Positions 1 to 7,970 are shown, numbered from the stretch's first letter. The stretch is 64,000 nucleotides of DNA from an uncultured Candidatus Saccharibacteria bacterium (GCA_964490125.1 CAZBAJ010000001.1:67573-131572); one strand, 5' to 3'. Translations and numbers: made by a program. Notes: generated from the sequence alone by a model not told the origin.

Positions 1-383
1 ATTTTGCGCTTTTATTGTACACCGCACTTGTTGTGGCTATTTTTAAACTTATTCCTGTTACTCTAACCCTGCCCGGTATTGCGGGATTTATTCTTACAAT
101 AGGTATGGCGGTGGACGCCAGTATTTTGGCGTTTGAGCGGATTCGCGAGGAGATTAAGTGGGGTAAACCTCGCGGTGTCGCTCTTAAATTGGGTTTTGAA
201 AGATCGTGGAGCTCTATTAGGGATTCTAATATCTCGTCGCTAATTACCGCAGGCGTGTTGTTTTATTTTGGTTCCGGTATGGTGCGGGGTTTTGCGTTAA
301 CTTTAGCAATAGGTGTTGCGGTGTCGCTGTTTACTAATATTTTTGTCGTCCGCACTGTAATTAGAACTTTAGGAAGGTTTTAG
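1..383 (+). CDS. secD: SecD C-terminal part (partial, continues upstream of window)
   Basis: Open frame from window edge; hydrophobic TM-rich C-terminus typical of SecD; followed 270 nt later by SecF-like gene. Confidence 0.65.
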   Translation, partial: FALLLYTALVVAIFKLIPVTLTLPGIAGFILTIGMAVDASILAFERIREEIKWGKPRGVALKLGFERSWSSIRDSNISSLITAGVLFYFGSGMVRGFALTLAIGVAVSLFTNIFVVRTVIRTLGRF

Positions 384-654
384 AAGGTTGTGTTGGAATA
401 ATACTTGCGGTTAATTTAAAGAATAATTAACTAAAGTTTTGGTTATAAGGTTAGCTATGGGAAAAAAGAAACATAAAAAATACTTAGCGCAAAAGAAAGC
501 CCAAGTTGTTGTTGGTACTTCAGCTTTGGATGCAAAATCAGCGCCTAATTTAAATGCTACCGGTATGTCGACTTTGGGAGCAAGGACGATAGTTAGTCAC
601 AACTTAATTAGTCCGTCAAAAAGTCAATCAGAGGATCCCAAGTCGCATAACATT

Positions 655-1539
655 ATGAAATACAAGTGGTGGTACATAGGTTTTTCTGCTGTACTTTTGA
701 TTCCGTGCATTATTTCCTTGGCGATATTTGGGTTAAAAACCTCCATCGATTTTACGGGCGGGTCGGTTTTAAAATTTAGTCGGACGGAAGGATCTTGGGA
801 TCAAGTTCAGGTTCATCAGATGTTTGTCGACAAAAAAATAGAAGTTGCGCAAATTTTGCTGGACGACGGAGGAAGGGCGCTGACGGTAAGAACCAAACCC
901 ATTGATTCTGCTAGAAACGAGGAAATCAAGTTAGCTTTTGGTAATGCCATTACCCAAACCTCCTTTGAAACCGTTGGCTCTTCCATTGGCGCGGAAACCG
1001 CCAAAAGAAGTCTAATTGCTTTTGGTGTGGCTTGCTTGGGCATCGTGCTTTATATAGCCTATGCTTTTAGAAATATTCCAAGACCTTATTCCAGCTTGCG
1101 GTTTGGGCTTAGTGCCATCTTGGCCATGGTTCACGACGCAATAATCGTCACTGGAGTTTTTTCGTTGCTTGGACATTTTGAGGGTGTGGAAGTCGATCCC
1201 ATGTTCTTAACGGCGCTTCTAACAATAATCGGCTTTTCCGTCCACGATACTATTGTAGTTTTTGACCGCGTCCGCGAGAATTTAGGCAAATTTAAAGGTA
1301 AAAATATCGACTGGATTGCCAATTTTTCTATTTTGGAAACCATGCGCAGGTCAATTGCTACTTCCGCCACGGTTGTAATCACCCTAACCTCGCTCTTGAT
1401 TTTTGGCGGACCTACAATAAAACACTTTATTTTAGCACTGTTGATTGGAGTAATTTCCGGGACCTATTCGTCAATCTTCAACGCTACACCCGTGCTAGTA
1501 ATCTGGGAGGACTTTTTAAGTCGACAAAAGAAACAATAG
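655..1539 (+). CDS. secF: Protein translocase subunit SecF
   Basis: SecF-like TM topology and conserved C-terminal half; longest ORF begins at 439 but the N-terminal extension is low-complexity and the canonical SecF N-terminus MKYKWWYIGF starts at ATG 655. Confidence 0.7.
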   Translation: MKYKWWYIGFSAVLLIPCIISLAIFGLKTSIDFTGGSVLKFSRTEGSWDQVQVHQMFVDKKIEVAQILLDDGGRALTVRTKPIDSARNEEIKLAFGNAITQTSFETVGSSIGAETAKRSLIAFGVACLGIVLYIAYAFRNIPRPYSSLRFGLSAILAMVHDAIIVTGVFSLLGHFEGVEVDPMFLTALLTIIGFSVHDTIVVFDRVRENLGKFKGKNIDWIANFSILETMRRSIATSATVVITLTSLLIFGGPTIKHFILALLIGVISGTYSSIFNATPVLVIWEDFLSRQKKQ

Positions 1540-1571
1540 GTCCACCGTGCGAGCGTAGCAAACCACTCTTT

Positions 1572-2111
1572 CTAAAAAGCCTTGGGCTTAAAGCCTTTGG
1601 GATTTAGAACTTTAAAGTGCTTGTTTTTCTGCGTTAAAACAAACAAACCGCTATTTTGAGCCTTTTCGGCAAAGTCGCTTGTAACAGTCATACCAGCTAT
1701 TCCGCCTAGTACTTGATAATTTTGGTAGTTTGGGAAGGATGATTTGAATAGTGGTAATTTTCTGCCTACAAAATCATTTAAATCGTTGATATGTGGCTTT
1801 TGTTTGACTTCCAGTACTGCTACAACTTTGCCGTTTGTTAGTACTATATCCCACTCGTTTCTTTGTGGGTCTCTTACATTTTTTGCTACGGTGTCAAATT
1901 TTATACCGTTAAGTTGTTTTTGAGTTTCTAGCCCCGTGTAAAAATAATCTTCGGCTACCTGTCCGATATTATTAGAAATGTTCCCATAGTCAGTAGTAAC
2001 CCTTTTTACCTCTGCGCTAAGTTCCTTTATTGCCATATCACGCTCCTTGGCGCTTTTGGCAACCTCTTTGACTATATCTTCCAGTGATTTTTTATTTGTC
2101 CTTTGTTTCAC
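1572..2111 (-). CDS. Hypothetical protein with restriction-endonuclease-like (PD-(D/E)XK) signature, paralog 1
   Basis: Motif EWDIVLTNGKVVAVLEVKQK (D...E-V-K); clear paralog of 4055..4549 (shared AEDYFY, NGIKFD, LEVK, GFKPKA C-terminus); apparent GTG start; TTGACT-N17-TAAAAG promoter-like sequence ends 6 nt before the start (leaderless?). Confidence 0.55.
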   Translation of the reverse strand: MKQRTNKKSLEDIVKEVAKSAKERDMAIKELSAEVKRVTTDYGNISNNIGQVAEDYFYTGLETQKQLNGIKFDTVAKNVRDPQRNEWDIVLTNGKVVAVLEVKQKPHINDLNDFVGRKLPLFKSSFPNYQNYQVLGGIAGMTVTSDFAEKAQNSGLFVLTQKNKHFKVLNPKGFKPKAF

Positions 2112-2296
2112 ACTAAACTTTTATCAAAACACTAAACAAAAGTCAATATGACAATTTATGTCTGTGGGATTTACATGCGGGTTTGGGACTCCAGACTTTC
2201 GCTTGCCGTCGGTTTATAAACCGAATAATCTTTTCAGATAACAAGCCCTATTATATTACCATAAAGTGGTGCAATGGGGTGTGCTAAACTTGTCGC

Positions 2297-4051
2297 ATGA
2301 AAAAATGGGTAGTTAGGGAGGTTTACAATCCCGGTGCTAATGTGCTAAATGATTTTAATTCTATTCTCGACTTACTACTACAAAATCGGGGGATCGACGA
2401 AAATTTACGCCAGGAATTTCTAAATCCATTACATATTTCAGAGTATCTAAAGAAATTGCGGAGCGACTTTAAGGAGTCGCTCAAACAAGCGCGCGATGAG
2501 ATTACCAACGCTATAAATCAAAGTCGTCCAATAATAATTCACGGCGACTACGATGCGGATGGGATTTGCGCTACCGCCATTTTGTACAAAACCCTCACAG
2601 AAACACTCGGTTACAAAAAAGTGGCTTATTTTATACCCAATCGATTTGACCAGGGCTACGGGCTTTCCGCGGATTCGGTTAAGGAAATGGACGACTTAGT
2701 GAATGGCCGATTTGGTTTAATAGATGATGTCGATAATAAAGCTGGCAAAAGGGTCGTCCTGCATAAAAACAAGTCAAACGAACCAACCGCTCTTATTATA
2801 ACGGTGGATTGTGGGATAACCGCGGAGGAGGCAGTTTTGCAACAGGCGCGCGACTTAGGTTTTAAAATTATTATAACCGACCACCACCAAAAGCAGGAAT
2901 CTCTACCCCAATCGGATGTTTTGCTTTGGAACGACCAGATGGTAGGCGCTAGTGCTGCGCTAATGTTGGCGCTTGTTTTGGGCTTGCGAGATGAGCAATT
3001 ACTTTGTTTGGCGGGCATTGCCACCGTGACGGATTTAATCCCGCTTAAAGGGTTTAATCGGGCGTTGGTTAAAAAGTCGCTTGCGATTTTAAATACCAAC
3101 CCACCTTTGGGAATAAAAACGCTCATCGATGTTGCTGGTAGATCTAACGGTGAGCTTGGGGTGTACGACCTGGGTTACATAATCGGTCCTCGTCTTAATG
3201 CCTCAGGTCGATTGGATTCAGCTTACGAGTCGCTAAAATTACTGTTGGAAAATGACAAAAAAGAAGTCGCCCAAATTGCCCAAAAACTTAACGCAGTAAA
3301 TTTAGAGCGCCAGGAAATGACCCAAAAAATGTACGACTTGGCGGAGCGCCTTTACATAGAAGATGCCGGACGCAACAAGCAGAAAATAATTATCGTAGTT
3401 TCTGAAAACTTTCATGAGGGTGTTATTGGTTTGGTGGCAGGTAAGTTGGCACAAAAATATGCTAAGCCCACAATTGCTATAAGCATTAATGGAGAAATGG
3501 CAAAAGGTTCGGTGCGGTCTGTGGCTGGTGTAAATATTATAGAATTTTTGCGACATTTTGGAGACCGGTTTACTAGTTTAGGCGGACATCCTATGGCGGC
3601 GGGTTTTTCTGTTAAAAAAGTCGACCTGACTAAACTTACAGAGGACTTATACAACTACGCGCAGGAAACCATTTCTGACGATGTTTTAGTCCCGCAACTT
3701 ACTGTGGATTTAGAATTGCCGATTGCACAAATAAGTAGCGATTTATTAAAGCAGGTCGACCAGTTAAAACCGTATGGAATAGGTAACCCGGAACCGCTCT
3801 TTCTGTCACGGAAGGTTGGTGTTGCCGGATGCGATTTTGTCGGCAAAGAGGGCTCCCATTTGTCGCTCAAACTTTTTGACGGACAAACCACCTACAAAGC
3901 CGTTATGTTTGACGCCAAAAATTTGGGAATTTCCGGCTTTAACTTGGGCGACAAACTAGATATCGTCTACACCGCGTCGCTTAAAGATTACAACGGAAAA
4001 ACCTACACGGATTTAGTTATTAAGGATTTTGCTATTTCGTTGCAAGGTTAA
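2297..4051 (+). CDS. recJ: Single-stranded-DNA-specific exonuclease RecJ
   Basis: DHH motif region IIIHGDYDADGICATAIL, DHHQ, DHHA1-like GGHPMAAG; 584 aa. Confidence 0.9.
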   Translation: MKKWVVREVYNPGANVLNDFNSILDLLLQNRGIDENLRQEFLNPLHISEYLKKLRSDFKESLKQARDEITNAINQSRPIIIHGDYDADGICATAILYKTLTETLGYKKVAYFIPNRFDQGYGLSADSVKEMDDLVNGRFGLIDDVDNKAGKRVVLHKNKSNEPTALIITVDCGITAEEAVLQQARDLGFKIIITDHHQKQESLPQSDVLLWNDQMVGASAALMLALVLGLRDEQLLCLAGIATVTDLIPLKGFNRALVKKSLAILNTNPPLGIKTLIDVAGRSNGELGVYDLGYIIGPRLNASGRLDSAYESLKLLLENDKKEVAQIAQKLNAVNLERQEMTQKMYDLAERLYIEDAGRNKQKIIIVVSENFHEGVIGLVAGKLAQKYAKPTIAISINGEMAKGSVRSVAGVNIIEFLRHFGDRFTSLGGHPMAAGFSVKKVDLTKLTEDLYNYAQETISDDVLVPQLTVDLELPIAQISSDLLKQVDQLKPYGIGNPEPLFLSRKVGVAGCDFVGKEGSHLSLKLFDGQTTYKAVMFDAKNLGISGFNLGDKLDIVYTASLKDYNGKTYTDLVIKDFAISLQG

Positions 4052-4054
4052 GAT

Positions 4055-4549
4055 CTAGTACGCTTTTGGTTTAAAACCTTCTGAATTTAGCACTCTAAAG
4101 TTTACGCCGTCCTGCGTCAACACAGAAAGCCCGTATTTCTCCGCTTCCTTCATGCTGTCTTTTGGCACTGCCATACCTGCTACACCGCCATAGACATGAA
4201 AATTTGAAAAACCTGGTACAGTTTGTTTAAAAAGGGGCAGTTTTTGTGTGGCAAAATCCTCTACATCTTTAGGATGAAGCTTGTGTTTAACTTCTAAAAC
4301 CGCTACCGAATTACCGTTTTTCAGCACAATATCCCATTCAAGGTCGTTAAACCCGCCAAAATTTTTGGCTACATCGTCATATTTAATTCCGTTTAATACT
4401 TTTTTATGCTTAAGCGCGGAGTAAAAATACTCTTCAGCCACATCACCCAAATTGTTTCCTATTCCACCCATTCTTTGCATAGCTTTTTCTACATAGGCGT
4501 CAAGTTCCGCTAATGCACGACTCCGTTTGGTTGACGAGGGTTTTTTCAT
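4055..4549 (-). CDS. Hypothetical PD-(D/E)XK-like protein, paralog 2
   Basis: EWDIVLKNGNSVAVLEVKHK motif; paralog of 1572..2111; TTGACA-N17-TATTAA on minus strand ends 6 nt before ATG, no SD (leaderless?). Confidence 0.55.
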   Translation of the reverse strand: MKKPSSTKRSRALAELDAYVEKAMQRMGGIGNNLGDVAEEYFYSALKHKKVLNGIKYDDVAKNFGGFNDLEWDIVLKNGNSVAVLEVKHKLHPKDVEDFATQKLPLFKQTVPGFSNFHVYGGVAGMAVPKDSMKEAEKYGLSVLTQDGVNFRVLNSEGFKPKAY

Positions 4550-4624
4550 AAGGATTTAATATCAAAAATCACTTCTAGTGTCAATACGACAATTTATGTC
4601 TATGGGATGTAGATAAGGGTTTGG

Positions 4625-4710
4625 GACTCCAGAGAGAGAGAGTTAAATGTGCATCACCGTCCGTGGACGATGTTGTCGTTTTAACCTCCTCTCCCTGGAG
4701 TCTTTTTTTT
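4625..4710 (+). terminator. Conserved structured hairpin (about 23-bp imperfect stem; arms GACTCCAGAGAGAGAGAGTTAAA / TTTAACCTCCTCTCCCTGGAGTC) followed by T8; copy b of a repeated element
   Basis: Inverted repeat read directly; on the minus-strand RNA the A-C mismatches become G-U wobbles (stronger fold); T8 on plus strand overlaps the stop codon of the convergent small ORF. Confidence 0.6.
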
Positions 4711-4888
4711 ACGAAAACAGCACCTCCACGATAGCGTGGGCTATCCACACAATCAGCGCCACGATTACGAGGAAAAACAACAGCCCCATCACTAGGGCCG
4801 CCCACCATTCCTCGGCCAATATCCCCAGGAACAGGGTGACCCCCAGTCCCGTGAGGACAACTTTCAACAGAAATTTGAACACCGACAT
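4709..4888 (-). CDS. Small two-TM hydrophobic peptide (60 aa, MSVFKFLLKVVLTGLGVTLFLGILAEEWWAALVMGLLFFLVIVALIVWIAHAIVEVLFS)
   Basis: SD GAGGGAGG 6 nt upstream of ATG 4888; TTGTAC-N17-TATAAT promoter on minus strand; markedly GC-rich relative to surroundings; paralog-like to 8075..8239. Confidence 0.55.
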   Translation of the reverse strand: MSVFKFLLKVVLTGLGVTLFLGILAEEWWAALVMGLLFFLVIVALIVWIAHAIVEVLFS

Positions 4889-4983
4889 CTTATCCTCCCT
4901 CGACCCAGAGTTGTTTGTCAACGATGCCTATAATTATAACATGTATTGTTGACTTGTACAAAATATTGGTTTATGTTAGACTC

Positions 4984-5254
4984 CTTACAGTCGCAAAGAT
5001 CCGGCAAACACCGGGGAGCATGGGGAAGAAAGTCCTGTTGAAGGAAGGACGCTGGAAAGTGTCGCCTAAATCCGTCAACCAAGATAAGTAGAACCCCACG
5101 GGAAAGCCCGTTACAGATTAAATCCAGTCGGCAAGAAACCGGAGGGATGCAAAGGTTTGGGTGGAAACACTCAAGCAAAATGAGGTGGCAACGCGGTAAA
5201 ACGCCCTCATGAGATTGTCAAATTAATTTTGGCGGTTTTGTGAGGGCATTTTTT
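4984..5254 (+). promoter_or_regulatory. T-box riboswitch leader (Asp/Asn) with intrinsic terminator
   Basis: Promoter TTGACT(4949)-N17-TATGTT; T-box-like AAATGAGGTGGCAACGCGG (UGGC would pair with a G73 tRNA: Asp/Asn); terminator GCCCTCAT...GTGAGGGC + T6 at 5203-5254; directly upstream of class IIb aaRS gene. Confidence 0.6.
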
Positions 5255-5296
5255 GTCGTCATACCGCAAGTGGCAATAAACCACAAGAAAGGAACC

Positions 5297-6586
5297 ATGG
5301 AGCGTACCTACATTAAAGACCTAAAAGAAAAGCTTGGGCAGGAAGTTAAAATCGACGGGTTTGTGCAAGTGCGACGGGATCAGGGCGGGATTAAATTTAT
5401 AGTTTTGCGCGATGTTACGGGAACTGTGCAATGCATTGTAATGAAGCAGTCGGGGGAGGTGTTTGACCAGGTTGGCGGGCTGTCGTTGGAATCGGTAGTA
5501 GAAATTGGCGGACTTGTTAAAGAGCAAAAGCAGGCGCCCGGCGGATTTGAAGTGGAAATAAAGTCGCTTAAAGTTTTGTCTGTTGCAGAGCCTTTGCCCA
5601 TTCCGGTAATGGAAGAAAAAGGCGGTAATGAGGTTGACGCGACTTTGCGGTTTGACTATAGGTGGATTGATCTGCGCAAGCCGGAAAAGCTTAAAATTTT
5701 TAAGGTCTGGACGGCGCTGGAGAAAGGTTTTAGAAAGTATTTTGCAGACAACGGGTTTATTCAGGTTTATTCTCCGTCAATAATGGGTACTGCTAGCGAA
5801 GGTGGCGCGGAGGTCTTTGAGATTAAATATTACGACAAAAAAGCCTATTTATCCCAGTCGCCACAATTCTACAAGCAGTTAGCCCAAGCCGCGGGTTTTG
5901 AGAAAGTGTTTTTGATGGTTCCGTATTATCGGGCGGAGCTTTCCTTTACAACCCGTCACATGACTGATTTTACCGGTTGGGATTTTGAGATGTCGTTTAT
6001 AGAGTCGCACGAGGATATTGCAAAAGCAGAAGAAGGGATGTTGGTTGAGGGTTTCAAAGCGGTTAAGGCAGAAGTCTTGTCGGACTTAGAGGTTCCTACT
6101 TTACCGTTTCCAAGGTTGACTATGAAGGAAGCTAAAGAGCGACTTAAAAAGGTTGGAATACCTAGCGAGAAGGACGGAGACTTTTCTTCTGAAGAAGAGC
6201 GGGAAATTGGTCGACTTATGAAGGAAGAAACCGGACATGATTTTGTATTTGTTACGGAATATGGCGCACCGTACCGGGCTTTTTACCACATGCGACCAGA
6301 AAATGATCAGAGTGTAACCAAAAGCTACGATCTTATGTACAAAGGTTTAGAGATTACAACGGGTGCCCAAAGAGAACATCGTCCGGAAATTCTAAAGAAG
6401 CAGGCAATAGAAAAAGGCGTGCCGACCGAGCCCTTAGAGGGCTATTTTAGCTACTTTAAGTACGGTTGTCCGCCTCATGGCGGCGCAGGCATAGGTCCCG
6501 GCAGAATTGTCATGAAGATTTTGGATTTGGAAAGCGTAAAAGACGCCACCTTTTTGCCAAGGGATGTAAAGCGTCTGACGCCTTAG
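5297..6586 (+). CDS. aspS: Aspartyl- or asparaginyl-tRNA synthetase (class IIb, archaeal/eukaryal-type, about 430 aa)
   Basis: N-terminal OB-fold then class II catalytic core (GAPYRAFYHMRP... GGAGIGPGR motif 3); start taken as MERTYIK at 5297 (SD AAAGGAA) because ATG 5240 lies inside the T-box terminator. Confidence 0.8.
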   Translation: MERTYIKDLKEKLGQEVKIDGFVQVRRDQGGIKFIVLRDVTGTVQCIVMKQSGEVFDQVGGLSLESVVEIGGLVKEQKQAPGGFEVEIKSLKVLSVAEPLPIPVMEEKGGNEVDATLRFDYRWIDLRKPEKLKIFKVWTALEKGFRKYFADNGFIQVYSPSIMGTASEGGAEVFEIKYYDKKAYLSQSPQFYKQLAQAAGFEKVFLMVPYYRAELSFTTRHMTDFTGWDFEMSFIESHEDIAKAEEGMLVEGFKAVKAEVLSDLEVPTLPFPRLTMKEAKERLKKVGIPSEKDGDFSSEEEREIGRLMKEETGHDFVFVTEYGAPYRAFYHMRPENDQSVTKSYDLMYKGLEITTGAQREHRPEILKKQAIEKGVPTEPLEGYFSYFKYGCPPHGGAGIGPGRIVMKILDLESVKDATFLPRDVKRLTP

Positions 6587-6607
6587 GTTTAAGGCCGTTG
6601 CGACAAT

Positions 6608-6631
6608 AAATTCTATTCAGATTAGAGACAA
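6608..6631 (+). promoter_or_regulatory. Conserved 24-nt motif AAATTCTATTCAGATTAGAGACAA, copy 1, immediately upstream of TTGTCA -35-like hexamer
   Basis: Near-identical copies at 10987..11010 and 53438..53461, each just after or overlapping a stop codon and 1-6 nt upstream of a -35-like hexamer. Confidence 0.5.
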
Positions 6632-6682
6632 CTATCTTGTCAAGTGTATTTTTTAGTGTAATCTTCCCCGCAGGTGGACCAT

Positions 6683-6755
6683 GGGCCGTCCGATCCGGGA
6701 TCAAGCTTGATCTTCAATCTTGCATAGACGGGTTCGACTCCCGTACGGTCCACCA
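6683..6755 (+). ncRNA. tRNA-like element (7-bp acceptor GGGCCGT/ACGGTCC, T-arm ACGGG-TTCGACT-CCCGT, discriminator A, CCA) without a canonical D/anticodon region
   Basis: T-loop TTCGACT and encoded CCA read directly; region between acceptor and T-arm (38 nt, contains palindrome GATCAAGCTTGATC) does not fold as anticodon arm; promoter-like TTGTCA-N16-TAATCT upstream. Confidence 0.35.
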
Positions 6756-6849
6756 AAAATTTAATTTGACTTTTTAATTGGTTTAGTGTAAGTTATTAAC
6801 AGAAGATCAAGCTTGTATCCGACGAAAGTCTCTTGCAAGATGCACAGAA

Positions 6850-6871
6850 GCTCGCGAAAGCGGGCTTTTTT
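6850..6871 (+). terminator. Intrinsic terminator/attenuator hairpin GCTCGC-GAAA-GCGGGC + T6 in leader of carboxypeptidase gene
   Basis: Stem-loop and U-tract read directly, 35 nt upstream of ATG 6906. Confidence 0.6.
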
Positions 6872-6905
6872 GTTTGTGTCTAGATGCTACAATAATCCCT
6901 AGCGT

Positions 6906-7970
6906 ATGGATATCGGTATCGTTAGGAACACATTAATAGTTGTTCTGCTTTTGGGTGCAAAAACCCTAGCTTTCTTGGAATCCAAAGTGTTTGACATTTT
7001 GGTAAAAATTGCACTGGCTCTGGCGATTGGTTACGCGCTGGCGTTAAATAGATTATCAATCGAACACCTGTACACGAGGGCACAGGGTGATGTAAAAACA
7101 TACATTTGGTACAAAACCCTGCCAGCCGACTATTTTGCCAAGCTAGACCAAGAGTCCCAGGCCGTTTTTGCCAGGTATCAAGAGGCCATCAAGCCTAAAC
7201 CACCAACTAGAATCGCAGAAACTCCGTTCCCATCAATTACTGCCAAGTCGCACATTATAATAGATGTCACAACAAACACCGTTTTAAGTTCCAAGGATAC
7301 CAATTTGCCTCTGCCTCCTGCCTCAACCGCTAAGCTAGCAACCGCTTTAGCGTCGCTCAAAATTTACAAGCTGAATGAAGAAATCACCGTTCCTCAGTTT
7401 TGTACGCAGGTTGACGGCACAAAAGCCGAGTTTCTCCAAGGTCAAAAATTTCTGGTGGGTGACTTATTAAAAGCCCTGTTGGTTTATTCCTCTGGTGACG
7501 CTGGTTGTGTGCTATCCATTGGCAAAACTTCTTACGCGGATTTTATTAGACTTATGAACGAGGTCGCCAAAGAGGCGGGCATGCAAAACACAAAATTTAC
7601 TAATCCTATTGGTTTGGACGACGCGGACGGTCAAAATTTAGCTTCCGCGGAGGATTTAGCAAAGCTGGGCATGTTTGCGGTTAAAAACGACTTTATAAAA
7701 GAAGTTGTACGACTTAAAGACCTTGAGCTTAAAGATTTGGACGGAGAATATGTTAAGCGACTTGCAAACACCAATAAATTGTTGACGGAAATTCCGGAAA
7801 GTGTAGGCATAAAAACCGGTACGACCACAGGGGCCGGGGAGGTTTTAATTTATGAATACGCCAAGGACAAGACGAATTTAATAATCGTCGTAATGGGTTC
7901 AGCTGATCGCTTTAAGGATGTAAAAGATTCATTGGCTTGGGCTCTAAATTCCTACGAATGGGATAAATAG
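6906..7970 (+). CDS. dacA: Serine-type D-Ala-D-Ala carboxypeptidase (PBP5/6 family, S11)
   Basis: SXXK (ASTAKL), SXN-like (SSGDAG), KTG (KTGTT) motifs; N-terminal TM. Confidence 0.75.
   Translation: MDIGIVRNTLIVVLLLGAKTLAFLESKVFDILVKIALALAIGYALALNRLSIEHLYTRAQGDVKTYIWYKTLPADYFAKLDQESQAVFARYQEAIKPKPPTRIAETPFPSITAKSHIIIDVTTNTVLSSKDTNLPLPPASTAKLATALASLKIYKLNEEITVPQFCTQVDGTKAEFLQGQKFLVGDLLKALLVYSSGDAGCVLSIGKTSYADFIRLMNEVAKEAGMQNTKFTNPIGLDDADGQNLASAEDLAKLGMFAVKNDFIKEVVRLKDLELKDLDGEYVKRLANTNKLLTEIPESVGIKTGTTTGAGEVLIYEYAKDKTNLIIVVMGSADRFKDVKDSLAWALNSYEWDK

Noticed and set aside
439-654. N-terminal extension of the SecF ORF (MVIRLAMGKKKHKK…)
   Set aside because: Low-complexity and basic. The canonical SecF N-terminus starts at ATG 655, so the extension is treated as non-coding leader.
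2656-3126. 156-aa antisense ORF inside recJ (and other antisense ORFs inside ileS, rny, secF and the GT genes)
   Set aside because: These are antisense within strongly supported conserved genes, typical six-frame noise.
4581-4952. ORFs 4581..4808(-) and 4647..4952(+) overlapping the hairpin element and micro-protein gene
   Set aside because: They run through the GA-repeat hairpin and antisense to a better-supported gene, with no SD. Judged spurious.
4918-5178. 86-aa minus ORF antisense to the aspS T-box leader
   Set aside because: It overlaps a structured RNA leader with no SD. Judged spurious.
5240-5296. Longest-ORF start of aspS at 5240
   Set aside because: ATG lies inside the T-box terminator stem/U-tract. 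MERTYIK at 5297 has an SD and matches aaRS N-termini.
6683-6755. Canonical tRNA gene or two-piece (permuted) tmRNA
   Set aside because: No D or anticodon arm can be formed. No downstream GGGG-type coding piece or tag-peptide reading frame was found. Kept only as a tRNA-like element.
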